Source of the DNA: Ginglymostoma cirratum
Lineage: Eukaryota
Assembly: GCA_024137785.1 (NCBI GenBank)
Contig: JAHRHZ010000139.1
Coordinates: forward strand, 38,719,447-38,783,446
Direction of reading: 5' to 3'
DNA: 64,000 bases
The notes beneath the pieces were generated by a model. It saw only the letters and a list, made by a program, of their open reading frames with translations, ran no database searches and was not told the DNA's origin. Shown here in pieces: positions 1-11,460 of this stretch. The translations under genes and the position numbers were made by a program. Numbering within the stretch: the first letter of the stretch is position 1; each line of letters opens with the position of its first letter.

Positions 1-1867
1 GAGGGTGAGCTAGGGATTTGGGTCAAGTGTTGGAGGGTCTTGTTACTGTGACTTTTTGCCTAAGCCATAAACAGAGTAAAATAACTTTCAAATATATCTT
101 CGAAACTCCTGTTTGGATACTGGAATATGTCAAATCTCATCTCTGCTAATAAAGTTTAATCTCTGCCACCAAAATGATCACCATTGAATCATTTGCCATT
201 ATCAAAAATAAGATATAACAAATAAATAGGCTGACAATTACCTAGGCTCAATTGGAGTCTGTGTTGACTTAATTAGAGTGTTAATAGGACTGGAATTTTG
301 GGCAAGTTTCGCATTGATTGGTAAATTATATTAGTGCCAGTAACATAAGTAGTTTGTTTTATTGATAGTCAAAACCGATGTCACATTTGACCTGCAGGAC
401 GCCCTTTGTAAACATCAAAATTCCACTCCAAATCCTGGAATATCTAGAGCAACACCACTGAAGATTTAATATTGAGAACCTGGTCGTCCATGTTTTCAAA
501 TTCATGCCCACACCTTATCTATCTTTTACATTCAGGTTATTAATACATAAAATGATAAAGCAGTTTTATAAATATTTTGTCATTAGCAATCGGAACCACC
601 TACTGCCGTTTACTGAATGTAAACAGGTTTGAGCACTGTGGACTAACACTGTAATCTTCAAATATTTTTGGTTGAAGGATCCCCATGTAAATTGACCAGT
701 AATCCTGGAAATAATCCCTCTCCATTGAAATTCAAATAATCATTATGTAAATTGCTACAGCTGAGAGCCAGGAAGCTGAATGGCCTACTTCTGTGCTGTG
801 ATCGTTCATTGATAATAAAAAATGTGCTGCATTGTTAGAATGTTTTTAAGAAAACAGGTATTTACTTACAGATATGAGGTGATAAGGTATCTGTTTTTTA
901 CCATATAGTATGTTCTACTTGCATATTTAAAATAAATGCTCCTCTTCAACAACCCGAACTTGCGTAATGTCCACCACTAGGCTTGGTAACAGCAGCTCTC
1001 CTGCCTGGCAATCTCTTTGACAGTCTCAGTACTGCTCCATGTGCCCTAGGTGAGACAGCTAGCCCACTCAGTACTGCCTACATGTTTGCTGTCTGGTCCA
1101 TAGCAAGCCCACATCTTGCTGCAGTTCAAAAATTTTGCAGACCCTGTAGAAAGTATTCATGGACTCTTAGGGATCCGTAGACTGCTGCCAGAGAACTACA
1201 GTCCATGTAACCAATCCTTGCAATCCTTCCATCATTCCGACGAAGCTGTGCCAATCCATCCTTCCTGAGCTTCGGTGAACAGAAATGAATGCAATGCTTC
1301 CAATGGGTCTCCGAAGGTCTCAAACTTCTGACTCAGCCTCAAATTGGTGAGAAATTTGAAGGCGTAACTTAGAGTTGCAACCTTCACAAAATCAAACAGC
1401 AGCCTATGCATTCTCTTGAAAATAGGAAGTTAACTTCCCTTACCTACAGGACAGAGTAAAGGTGGCGAGGAAGACACCAAGAAGCAAGTATGCACCTTTT
1501 GAATAAATCTATTATGGATAGTGAATAAATGTTGAGGTCTTCTTCTGAAGAATGTTCTCATTAAAAGGTGGGAACAGTAACATTGCAGGTTCCCCTGTGA
1601 TTTTTCTTTAATATTTGTTGAGTTGGGTGGTCAATGACCCTGACAATGAGATGGCATAAAGAGCCAATGTCACTCCATCCCAGCTGGCATCAAGCTCACC
1701 TCCAGCTATCACTGAAATGCAGGAGCATCTTTCTGGTGATTTTTTTTCCCTACATTGTCTCTGGACTGTTCAGGATTGTTATTATAATAAATGAGGTATG
1801 TTAATTTTGAGAGTACAGAGCTTCGGTTCACACAGCTGAATCCCTCAAAACAGGGTTTACTGATAGA

Positions 1868-1955
1868 GATAACACAGTGTGGAGCTGGAGGAACACATCA
1901 GGCTAGGCAGCATCAGAGGAGCAGAAAAGTTGACATTTTGGGTCGGCACCCTTCT
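1868..1955 (-). mobile_element. Degenerate 3' terminal (pLTR) fragment of a Penelope-like element, family A
   Basis: Similar to the 4348-4480 and 23487-23580 tails (gagataac...gctggaggaacac...gcagcatcagaggagcagaaaagttgacattttgggtc); ribozyme core mutated. Confidence 0.7.
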
Positions 1956-1965
1956 TTAGCTTTTA

Positions 1966-2165
1966 TCATCATAGAATCCCTACAGTGCAGAAACAGGCCA
2001 TTCAGCCCATCAACCCTCCAAACAGCATCCCTCTCACGCCCGCTCCCCTACCCTGTAATTCCCATGGCTAACCCACCTAGTCTGTTCATTTCTGGACACT
2101 ATGGGAAATTTACCAAGGCCAATCCACCTAACCTGCACATCTTTGGACTGTGGGAGGAAACCGTG
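1966..2165 (-). mobile_element. HE1-like V-SINE, 3' part (5'-truncated)
   Basis: atagaatccctacagtg...aatccacctaacctgcacatctttggactgtgggaggaaaccg matches the full copy at 38930-39279. Confidence 0.8.
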
Positions 2166-3985
2166 TTTCTTCTGCACAGCTGCTCTTCATTGGCATTGCT
2201 CATTGATGCAGTTGAATATTAAATCTGGCTTTATTGTTATTCATAACGGAAAAGATCATTGGCAGTTGGCAAAACTGAGGGAGAAAAGGAAAAGTAGACC
2301 AAACAAATACATGTTAATCAAAGAGATGTGAGAAAACACCTAGATAACGAGCAATGGGCACGACACCACTATACATTTGTACAAGAAGTGATCTTGCAGG
2401 AGTAGGCTTGAGAAAGCTGTGTGAATGGAGTGGAGGAGGGGGGAAGTCAAGTTAGGTACACGTCAAGCTATACTTTACTGCACCATTAAATTTCCCTAAT
2501 TGGATCATTAAAGCTCTTCCAACAGAGGCTCAAAGACTTAGCACCGCATTCTGATGCTCATTTCCTTGGGAATTGCAAACTTTGACTTGTTCTCCACGGC
2601 AGGATTCTTTCTCCTGTCAGCAGGCAACAGAATCTGCCTGTAGTCCTTTACAGCTGAGCGTTATCACCAGGGAGACAGCAATGAAGCAAGGCACTGCTTT
2701 GTAATTGCGAAAGGCCATGGCAGAAAGCGGTTGCTGTTTAAACACCTGTACAATCGTTCGAATTTTATCCCATCAGGATAATAACTATACTGACAAGGAT
2801 TGTTTTTGTGCTGCTCCAATTAATTTTTTGAGAAGCTGGGAAGTCAGGTGTAAATGTATTGGCTGAATTAAATGACTTCTCACGAGTAAAGTAGTTATCC
2901 TGCTATGAGCATGTTGGACAGTTAAAATCCAGACCACAGAGTCTGATGCTTTAATAACTACAAAGGCCAAAGCTGGCAAAGTGTTTTTCACTTCAAAAAA
3001 TAAAATTTGGCAATGTACTAACATAGTTTTGAATGTCCTTGTGCATTGTACCTCAGGATGTATACGGGCTAACCCACATGATACAGGCCTCATCTCAGTC
3101 AAGCTTCTGGAAAATTTAAAGCCTTTTCTAAATGAAAAGGAAATCAGAAACATGTTCTGTACCATTTTCATTCAGTGTTTTTTTTTGTACATTGCAGATT
3201 GGTTGTGTTCTAGGCATCATTCACCTTCCCGTACAATTGTTCGTGAAGCGAAATAATGACAAAGAAAAATCCAAGAAGCACATTTCTACTGATCAGTTCA
3301 ATGAACTTTGAAAACTGATTTCAGCAGAAAAAAGGAATTTTATTTTATATGGAGACCACAAATCAGGTTTTTAGCATACATAGTTGCTTTTAAGATTTTT
3401 TTTGAAACCTTATTGGACCGTGTCAGTAAATTATATCCTTGAGCTTATTCAAAGACTGTGTTTTACTTCTTCCATACTCTACGTACTTCTGAGTCTTCCT
3501 TAATTACTTTGAACATTTTGTGTTTGAGATTTATCAATGAAAACTATACTTTCTGGAAAAGTAACCCGTGTTTCCCATAGCATTGTTAACCTGCACCTTC
3601 GTCAACTTTGGGCTTCTCTGTATCTGTTTGTCTCCTGATGAGGAGAAGTATTTTTCATACTTGGGCACTTGGCCCAAGTTGTAGTGGCATCACATAACAA
3701 GAAAACTTCTGTTTTACAGAAAACTATTACGGTTTCTGGAAATAAATTGCAGATTTTAATATTATATTCTTTTACTTATTTATTGCATTTTAATGAATAA
3801 ATGTTTCAAATTGATTCTCCAACAGCATTATAATACCACTTTAAGACATTGTTATGTACTTTGCTGCAAGTTATATTTTTTCAACTGAGGAACAAATCAT
3901 GGAACTAGGTGAGGCTGGTGGTGCAGGATACCAGCGAAATTGGAAACAATAGATGCGAAACAAACATCTGTAATATGTAACATAA

Positions 3986-4000
3986 CCACTTGGTGGCGCT
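3986..4000 (+). promoter_or_regulatory. CTCF-like motif
   Basis: CCACTTGGTGGCGCT vs CTCF core CCASYAGRKGGCRS (one mismatch); motif match only. Confidence 0.35.
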
Positions 4001-4446
4001 ATCTTCCTGGTCGAGCAGCAGCTCCACAAAGGAATTTACATGATATTTTATATCAGAAGGAAGTATCCCAACATTGTGTTGGATTTATGCTATTTTTACT
4101 CCCTCATTTGCATACATTAATCAGTCAGTGAAGCTTTGCATATTACAAGTCATTCTAATGTTAAGTGTGAAAATGGAAGTTAATGTGCCCCAATCTCACT
4201 GTAAGATGATCAAAAATGTAAATGTCTTATCTGCATTTAGAATGACTGAAATTAAATTAAATGCTGATTTCCAGCTAAACAGTACATTGACTTTAAAATG
4301 ATATTTGAAACATGTTTGTGGTATAATCTGAAGCCACTTAATTGTAACAGAGATAAAAGGTACTGCAGATGCTGGAGAATCCGAGATAACAAGGTGTGGG
4401 GCTGGATGAACACAGCAGGCCAAGCAGCATCATAGGAGCAGGAAAG

Positions 4447-4480
4447 CTTGACGTTTCGGGCCTAGACCCTTCATCAGAAA
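4447..4480 (-). ncRNA. Minimal type I hammerhead ribozyme motif (copy 1 of the tandem pair)
   Basis: Minus strand UUU-CUGAUGA-A-GGGU(CUAG)GCCC-GAAA-C-GUC-AAG; intact core, stem II, palindromic ACGU in place of stem III. Confidence 0.75.
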
Positions 4481-4792
4481 TGGGGGAGGGGAAGAGGGTT
4501 CTGAAATAAATAGGGAGAGAGGGGGAGGCGGATAGAAGATAGATAGAGGAGAGGAAAGGTGGAGAGGAGGCAGACAAGTATGAGAGAGTTGCAGTGGGAC
4601 AGAGATTCCCTGAGGTTTGTCTGGAGGGAGGAGGGTAACTTCTTCAGGGTAGGCATCCTTAGAAGAGGCTTCGCACAGCGGTTAAAATTGTATCAGAGAT
4701 AAAAGGTACTGCAGATGCTGGAGAATCCGAGATAACAAGGTGTGGGGCTGGATGAACACAGCAGGCCAAGCAGCATCATAGGAGCAGGAAAG

Positions 4793-4826
4793 CTTGACGT
4801 TTCGGGCCTAGACCCTTCATCAGAAA
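4793..4826 (-). ncRNA. Minimal type I hammerhead ribozyme motif (copy 2 of the tandem pair)
   Basis: Identical to 4447-4480. Confidence 0.75.
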
Positions 4827-5429
4827 TGGGGGAGGGGAAGAGGGTTCTGAAATAAATAGGGAGAGAGGGGGAGGCGGATAGAAGATGGATAGAGGAGAGG
4901 ATAGGTGGAGAGGAGGCAGACAAGTCAAAGAGGCGGGGATGGAGCCAGTAAAGGTGAGTGTAGGTGGGGGGGTAGGGAGGAGATAGGTCAGTCCAGGGAG
5001 GATGGACAGGTCAAGGGGGTGGGATGAGGTTAGTAGATAGTCCAGCATTTCTCTTGCAAATGAATAGGACTAACCACTACTGAGGCAGGTTGTTCAATTT
5101 GGGACATTTGTTAACACAGCATAATAACCCCATTTAAAAGACCCCCATCACACCCAATGTTAACTCTTGGGAAGTGAGTGTACAGCACAAAGTTGGGTTT
5201 TCCAGGAGCAGAATATAGATGGCCAGATGAACTGGTTTTAAGATCTTGTTCTCTGGGACATTGTCACGGTTGTTTTAGAAGCTTTCATGCCCTTTAGCCA
5301 TCATCCCTCATTCTCCCACCCACTGGCTCTTCTATGCCCTCCATAAACCTTCCAAGTCAACTCATGTTCTCCCCCATGCCACCTCATACCCCCACACGCT
5401 AACTCTACAGCCTCTCATAAGGCAAGGCT

Positions 5430-5768
5430 ATGGCCTAGGGATGCTATCACTAGACAATTAATCCAGAGACCCAGGTTCATGTTCTGGGATGTGAGTTTGA
5501 ATAGCACCATGGCAAGTAATGCATTTTGAATTCAATAAAAATCTGCAGTAAGGAATCTAATGATGATCATGAAATTGTTGTTGATTTTTGGAGGATCTGA
5601 TGTGATTCACTCATGTCCTTTAGGTAAGAAAACTGTCATCCTTGCCTGGTCTGGCCTACATGTGACTCCAGATCCACAGCAATGTGGTTGACTCATAACT
5701 GCCCTCTGGGCAATTAGGGATGGGCAAGAAATGTTGGCTCAGCCCACATTCCATGAACAAATACAAAA
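5430..5768 (+). mobile_element. tRNA-type SINE with a LINE-derived tail
   Basis: Related copy at 38410-38710; tail gggcaattagggatgggcaa...cccacattccatgaa shared with the LINE 3' end at ~50460-50530 and with 32115-32172. Confidence 0.65.
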
Positions 5769-6459
5769 TCTCACCCTGCATACACCATGGACAGTCCTCA
5801 AGAGACATTCAGAGATGAAAACAACAATTAAACTTCTGAAAATGTAATACACTATGCACTTAGCCTTTCCCCACTAAGATTTTGAAACACGATAAAACAT
5901 TCATAATCATTTCAATTATAAATAACCTTTGGAAAATGCTTACAAAGAACTCAATTGAAACCGGAGAAGCAATGTACTTTTCTTTCCATTTACACCAGAT
6001 GATCTGTTAAGTGAAGCAATCCAGCAGAGGGGGTCTTTTAAACTGATAGCTTCAGCTGATTGCTCATGTTAAAGAGACTGGGGATTCAATGACAAAAACT
6101 TCAGATCGTACACCAAATCAGACATTAGCCAGCCTTCAAGAGTAGTTGCATCTCTACCCCATCAATTCATAACTCAGCCCATTGCCAGGAATCACGCTTC
6201 AAACAGTTAAAGTGGATTTGTTTGAACTCAGTGCTAATTTCCCATAGCCCAGCTAAGTTAAGATTCCCTGTAATTCACATCCTTCCCCCTCCCAGCAAAA
6301 ATGGCGTAAGTCAGAAATGTAGGCAGTCGTTCTATATCCAGGTCCTGCCTGCCGTTTTAAAGCTCCATTGGGTCTTTTCAGCTCTGTAAGAATCCACCCA
6401 TCGACTCGAAGCACTCAATCAGATCATTCAGTCCATCAAATATATATCAGGTGTCTAGA

Positions 6460-6850
6460 CTCCAAAGGCACCTCTTCTAACCCTCTTCCATTATCTCTCT
6501 ATTTCCTTCAGCCTCATAAGTATATCCAGCCCTCCCCTAATGCATCAATACCAGCTACTTCAATTCCTCCATGTGCCAGTGAGTTCCATATTCACATCAC
6601 ATTGTTTGGAATTTCTCCCAAATATTATATTGGACCAGTTGGTGACTATCTCATTTTCTGCCAGTCTTATTCTGAGATACTGACAAATGGAAACCTTTTG
6701 TGGTATCCAGTCTATTCAGCTCCTTCATTATTTTAAGTACAATCAGTGACCACCTCTTAGTCTTTACTTTTGTAGAGAAAAGAACTGTCAATTTCAATTC
6801 TTCCTGATATCTGCAAACGCTCAGTTTTGGTGATTTTTCATCCTCTTTAA
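6460..6850 (-). mobile_element. Old CR1-type LINE 3' fragment
   Basis: Degenerate similarity to the reverse complement of 14380-14700 and to 49975-50440. Confidence 0.45.
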
Positions 6851-7872
6851 GTTTTTTCCATCATCCATTGGGTCTTGTTAATGCTGGTTGATCAACCTCC
6901 TTCATCAACCATTATGTCTTGGATGATGCTCAGTGTTTTACAAACAGGTGCCTTTCCTGTCACTAAACTTCCCCCTTTCAATGGGGCTGGGAACCAATAT
7001 ATACAATGGCCTGTTTTACCAGTAGCTGGTTCTTTCATGGCCAACTAAGTCCTGGCATGCAACTTGAACCTGAAACATTCTATTTTAGAGACAGGAGTGC
7101 TACTACCTGAGCTATAAGGCCCTCCCCTCTTACTTCTGGCAGCATATTAAGAAGCTTTTCTGATTCATTTTCCATTACTAACCATTTTACTGGTGACACT
7201 TTGGAGACTTTTGGTTCTCCTTATCCTTTGTACCAAACCCTAGACTACTGAGCTTGATCTATGGTGGTAGACCCCTTATTATTCAAGCATGACCAAGTGA
7301 TTAAATATTTCTATGGGTCTTATCAGAGTCTGGAACGGGATCAGTGTGGATGTCCACAGATCGGGCAGTTCGTGCTGTTGTTGGGGGTACCTAGGGGAAC
7401 TTCTGCAGCTGCCATTTCTGGTCTTTCTCTACGACTTCAAAGGTTACAAGGCATATCTCATGTTGATTACCAGGTAGGCCCCAGCTAATGCCTCAACAAA
7501 AAGGAGGCTGAACTCTGACTGTAAATCTTCTCTTGATTTACAGTTTCTCATTTCACCTCCTATCCACTCCTTTTCATGGTGAACCCTGTTAACCTCAATC
7601 TCTACCTCCACAGATGCTGGAAACATGAAACCAAGGCCATTACAGCATGAAAAGTGTACTGTTACCTTCAGCAAAAATGTAACAGTGACAACGTAATGTG
7701 AACTACAGCAAAGGGAAGGAAGGCACTGCACATTTCTGGAAGCCTGAAGCAGCATGTTAAGAACTGATAATTGCTTATAATAGATTTTCAAAATATTACA
7801 GCTGGTCACCAGTTACAGAGTAGCAATCACCAAGCAGAATAAAATAAGATGAGGATAAAGAAAGAAGCTCTT

Positions 7873-8003
7873 TTTCTGATGAAGGGTTTAGGCCCGAAAC
7901 GTCAAGTTTTCCTGCTCCTATGATGCTGCTTGACCTGCTGTGTTCATCCAGCCCCATGCTTGTTATCTCGGATTCTCCAGCATCTGCAGTACCTTTTATC
8001 TCT
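7873..8003 (+). mobile_element. Solo Penelope-like tail (family A) starting at an intact hammerhead core (7873-7906)
   Basis: tttCTGATGAagggtttaggcccGAAAcGTCaag... near-identical to the reverse complement of 4350-4480. Confidence 0.85.
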
Positions 8004-9246
8004 TAAAGAGCTTTCCTAGTCTTCACTTTTAGAATTGTGGGTTTTGATGCTTATGTTCTTGCTTGAAAAATTTGATAGCTGAGGAAGTTGTTGGAATTTT
8101 ATGGAATGATAGGGTGGAATGGAATCCCGCTCCCCCATCCCATCACCATCCCATTAGGCAGATTCCAAGGATGGAGGTGGGGGCAGGTTTGATAATCAGA
8201 GTTTGAGAGGTTGCAAGTTAAAAAGCCTATGGCCTCCCTTCAGCCAAGCACAGGGAAGGAAAGCTTGCAGGCAGTCCTACCAGATATGGGTACTCTGAGC
8301 CCAATTGAGGGACCCTGCATTACAGAGAGAAACTCCACAAGAAGATGCTGCCATGCCTTTATAGACCTATGCTCCACTCTCTTTTGACACCCCTCCCTCA
8401 GCCTCCAATATGCCTATACTCACTTCTATCTAGGAATCCACGGTGAACTTTCTGCAACAGTGGAGTTACTGACAAAAGCCCCTTCTCATTCCCAGGAGCT
8501 CCCAGTGTTGGGATTCCTAGCCTACCCAGGCTGAAGTGCTAAATAGGAGAGGAGGGCTGACTTTGCTGATCTGAATGTAACAGCTTTGAGCTTTGTGCAG
8601 AAAAATTGCAAAGTTCCTACGAATAATACGATAAATCTTTAAATGGACAGTACACTTCAGAAGCGTTTTAAGGATGTAAAATACTCTGGGCCCAAAACCT
8701 CTGCTATAATTCAACCATGTTGGAGCAATATGGTGTGATGAATGGAGCAGAAAAATTCAAGGACTGTATATTTATTCAGGTTGCTCCATATTTTTGTAGA
8801 AATAAGATGCATTCTTCCCAAATATTTCTCCCATCCTCAAAAAAAAACAGCTTTGATAGCTGCATTGAGTTGTGTCTATGGATTCTACAAACAATCCCAC
8901 AAGTTTGGATAAACACTGCAGTTCTCTTGTCACTTACACTGATGTGCCCTCTAACCATCCTCACATCTACATTATTACTTCCAAGGAGCTTCAGCAGTGC
9001 AGGCAGCTGCCAGGAATTCAACATCTGTAAAGAAATTTGAATTTCTGGTAAGGGATATTTACATCTATAGATAGAGGGATACAGAATGTACCTCAGTTAA
9101 CGAGGCTCAGCTAGTTGTTCAATGATTAGCAACAAACACTCTGTGTCCCATCTGTTGAGTGTATGTGTAAGCTACTTCCTGGGCAGCCTGTGGTGGACAA
9201 GCGAAGCTGAAAGGGTCTATCCAAAATTAGGGGTTTGTTTAAAAAA

Positions 9247-9440
9247 TAAAAGCAGAGATTGTTGGGAAAACTCAGCAGCTCTGGCAGCATTTGTGGAGAC
9301 AGAACAGAGCTAACCTTTCAGGCCAGCGACCCTTCTTTATGGACCCGAAATGTTAACTGATTTCTCTCTACAGATGCTGCTAGACCTGCTGAGTTCTCCC
9401 AGCAATTTCTGTTTCTGATTTTCCAGCATCCGCAGTTGTT
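9247..9440. mobile_element. Head-to-head fusion of two Penelope-like tails (long inverted repeat)
   Basis: Left arm gggaaaactcagcagctctggcagcatttgtggag is the reverse complement of right arm ctctacagatgctgctagacctgctgagttctccc; junction lies inside hammerhead remnants (~9337). Confidence 0.75.
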
Positions 9441-10290
9441 TGTGATTTTTTGTTTGGTTTAGAGGTTTGTTTGCAGACTCAAAACACTCTGAGACAAGTT
9501 TGCACTGCAGCACCGTGCCTAAAGTGAATATTTCAAATCAGCTCTCAAGTTTTTTGTTCATTTTTGAATGTTTTCAGTGGAGTGTAAACGTGACCATCAG
9601 TACAATGGCTCCCATTGTATTTACTGCTTATAAAATTACACACGGCCTACAGCGATGAAAGGTGTTAGAAAGATGACAACATGGTAACTTTCCAGGAGAC
9701 AAAATGCTTTCCACAGACTCCGGGAAGGACCACCCCAACGTGCACTTGAAAAGACGGAGGGGGCACATTTCAGAAGAGAAGCGATCACGTTCCTTTGGAG
9801 ACCCCTCCAGAACTTGTAGTTAATCTGTGCCATAAATTCGTGTTAGGGTGTGGGTTAGTGCGTCTTTTATTGCGGGCAGATATACGGGACAGGAGTGGCA
9901 CCCCAGGATTTACATTCCGCAAATTAACACCAGTTAATGGGGACTTGGCTCTTTTATACAGAAAATTTTCTCAGGCACCAGTCTTTGCGCCATTATGCGT
10001 CAGGCCACATAAAGATTGATAGGCCGGGTTAATCTGATGAATGGGACCTTATCATGACTATCAGGGTGTTCCATTATGGGGAGGGTTTAAAGTGCATTTT
10101 ACAACAGATTGTCAACAAACTATTACTGAACTTGACACACTGTACCAGTGCTCGAGGTTTCGAAGACAAACGGAGAGACTTTGTTCTGTAAATGAAATAA
10201 TAAATAAGCTCTTGATGTTCTGAAATTTAGCTAGTCCCCGATTTACATTCTGCTGGGATGCTTTCAAAGCGCTGACAAATACAACACTTA

Positions 10291-10493
10291 GGGTCTAGTC
10301 CCCAAACGTCAGCTTTCCTGCTCCTCTGATGCTGCTTGGCCTGCTGTGTTCATCCAGCTCTACACCTTGTTATCCTAGATTCTCCAGCATCTGCAGTTCC
10401 TACTATCTCTGAAACAACATTTAGAGTTGCTTTGGAGTAAACCAGTAATTCTGCACTAACATAGATAATAGGAACTGCCGATGCTGGAGCATC
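10291..10493 (+). mobile_element. Penelope-like tail (family A) plus a short inverted copy of its end
   Basis: 10291-10412 matches the family A tail (GAAA mutated to CAAA); 10463-10493 agataataggaactgccgatgctggagcatc is the reverse complement of ~10378-10410. Confidence 0.8.
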
Positions 10494-10499
10494 TTCAGC

Positions 10500-10871
10500 A
10501 GGGAGGACAATTCATGAATGACACCGTCTGTACCGATACAGTGAGAGAGAGAGACCACTTCGAACTGAATTCTTTAAAATGCTCACAACTCTCGGGGTAA
10601 ATAAACAGCTTGCCTGTGGTTAAAGCAAACAAACCGTCCCACGAAAGTGCGAACATTCCTTTAGAAAAAGCGTTGACACTTCCATGTCGAGCTGTGTGGA
10701 AGTGGAGTTTCACGGCTTTGGCTGAGGGGGTGTGGGTTTTGGGGCGAGGGGGCTGGGTTTGAACTGGAAAGTTGCCCTGTCAGCAACACATTGAGGGGCA
10801 GCTCTGATACCGCCTCCAGTGAGTGCCAGTGGGATCGCGGCTGAGGGTCCCATTCACCTCCTACACAGCCG
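10500..10871 (+). promoter_or_regulatory. Putative FGFBP3 promoter and non-coding first exon
   Basis: Local GC/CpG enrichment relative to flanks; strong donor CCG|GTAAGT at 10871/10872; forkhead-like GTAAATAAACA at 10597-10607; TSS cannot be determined from sequence. Confidence 0.45.
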
Positions 10872-11333
10872 GTAAGTAAATACACACCGAAAAAGCCTGG
10901 TCTGCCAGGGTTCCTTTCCAGGTTGGCGATGGCACTGTCCGCAAGCTTTTTGTTCAACTCTTCTCGCCGTCTCGTTGCATCGCTGGGGTCAAAAAGTGGG
11001 TCATTCCATTCACTGATGTGTGCCTGATTATCACGGGCAAAACTTTCTTCGGCAAATTCTCACCCGGTTACTTTTCGGCATCATTAGTGGAGTATACACC
11101 TCCCTCCTCCCGAAATCGGTTTCCCGTGAAGAACTGATTCGTTTTAACTGCAGCCCTTTTGATGGAATGCTTTCTGCTTGAACTTTCCGGACAGGTAAGG
11201 CGCTGGGAAGAGAGACTGTAAGGTGTTGTCCCCAGCGCAGTTAACTTGTTTCTAACTGAAGTGTGCTTCTGGATTTTCTGTACCTTGGTTGGAGGGGGCT
11301 ATAGTTTGACCAGAATTTGTCCTCTCCCTAGCT

Positions 11334-11460
11334 ACTACCAGCTCTGAAGAAGGATCTCTGGACTCGAAACGTTAACTCTGCTTTCTGTCTCTCACTCTCT
11401 CTTTGCAGAGATGCGGCAGGTTTGCTGAATTTCTCCAGCTATTTCTTGGTTTCTGTTTTG
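11334..11460 (+). mobile_element. Penelope-like tail with hammerhead core (11340-11377) in the FGFBP3 5' intron
   Basis: agctCTGAAGAaggatctctggactcGAAAcGTTaactctg followed by the tail shared with 9338-9440. Confidence 0.75.

Larger units (their letters stand above)
4340..5042 (-). mobile_element. Non-autonomous Penelope-like element: two tandem pLTRs with a short putative ORF-start segment between them
   Basis: 4348-4579 is duplicated at 4694-4925 (period 346 bp, 2 visible mismatches); homologous to the tails of the GIY-YIG element at 23487-25270. Confidence 0.85.

Noticed and set aside
851-899. Imperfect hairpin aaaacaggtattt...aaggtatctgtttt as a pre-miRNA
   Set aside because: Too short, AT-rich, and no recognisable mature miRNA
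961-1490. ORFs 983-1180 and 1126-1323 as exons (e.g. BTAF1)
   Set aside because: No resemblance to the BTAF1 N-terminus or any family I recognise; stops in all extended frames
4348-4925. Tandem duplication as an assembly artefact or CRISPR-like array
   Set aside because: The copies differ at two sites and are separated by element-like sequence; the DNA is eukaryotic with no repeat-spacer pattern
4338-5048. Pro/Ser/Leu-rich ORFs here and at 23157-25394 as host genes
   Set aside because: Translations of low-complexity Penelope pLTR sequence
7261-7809. Short ORFs, including a minus-strand CPICGHPH motif
   Set aside because: Ends at an immediate stop with no splice context; cannot be supported
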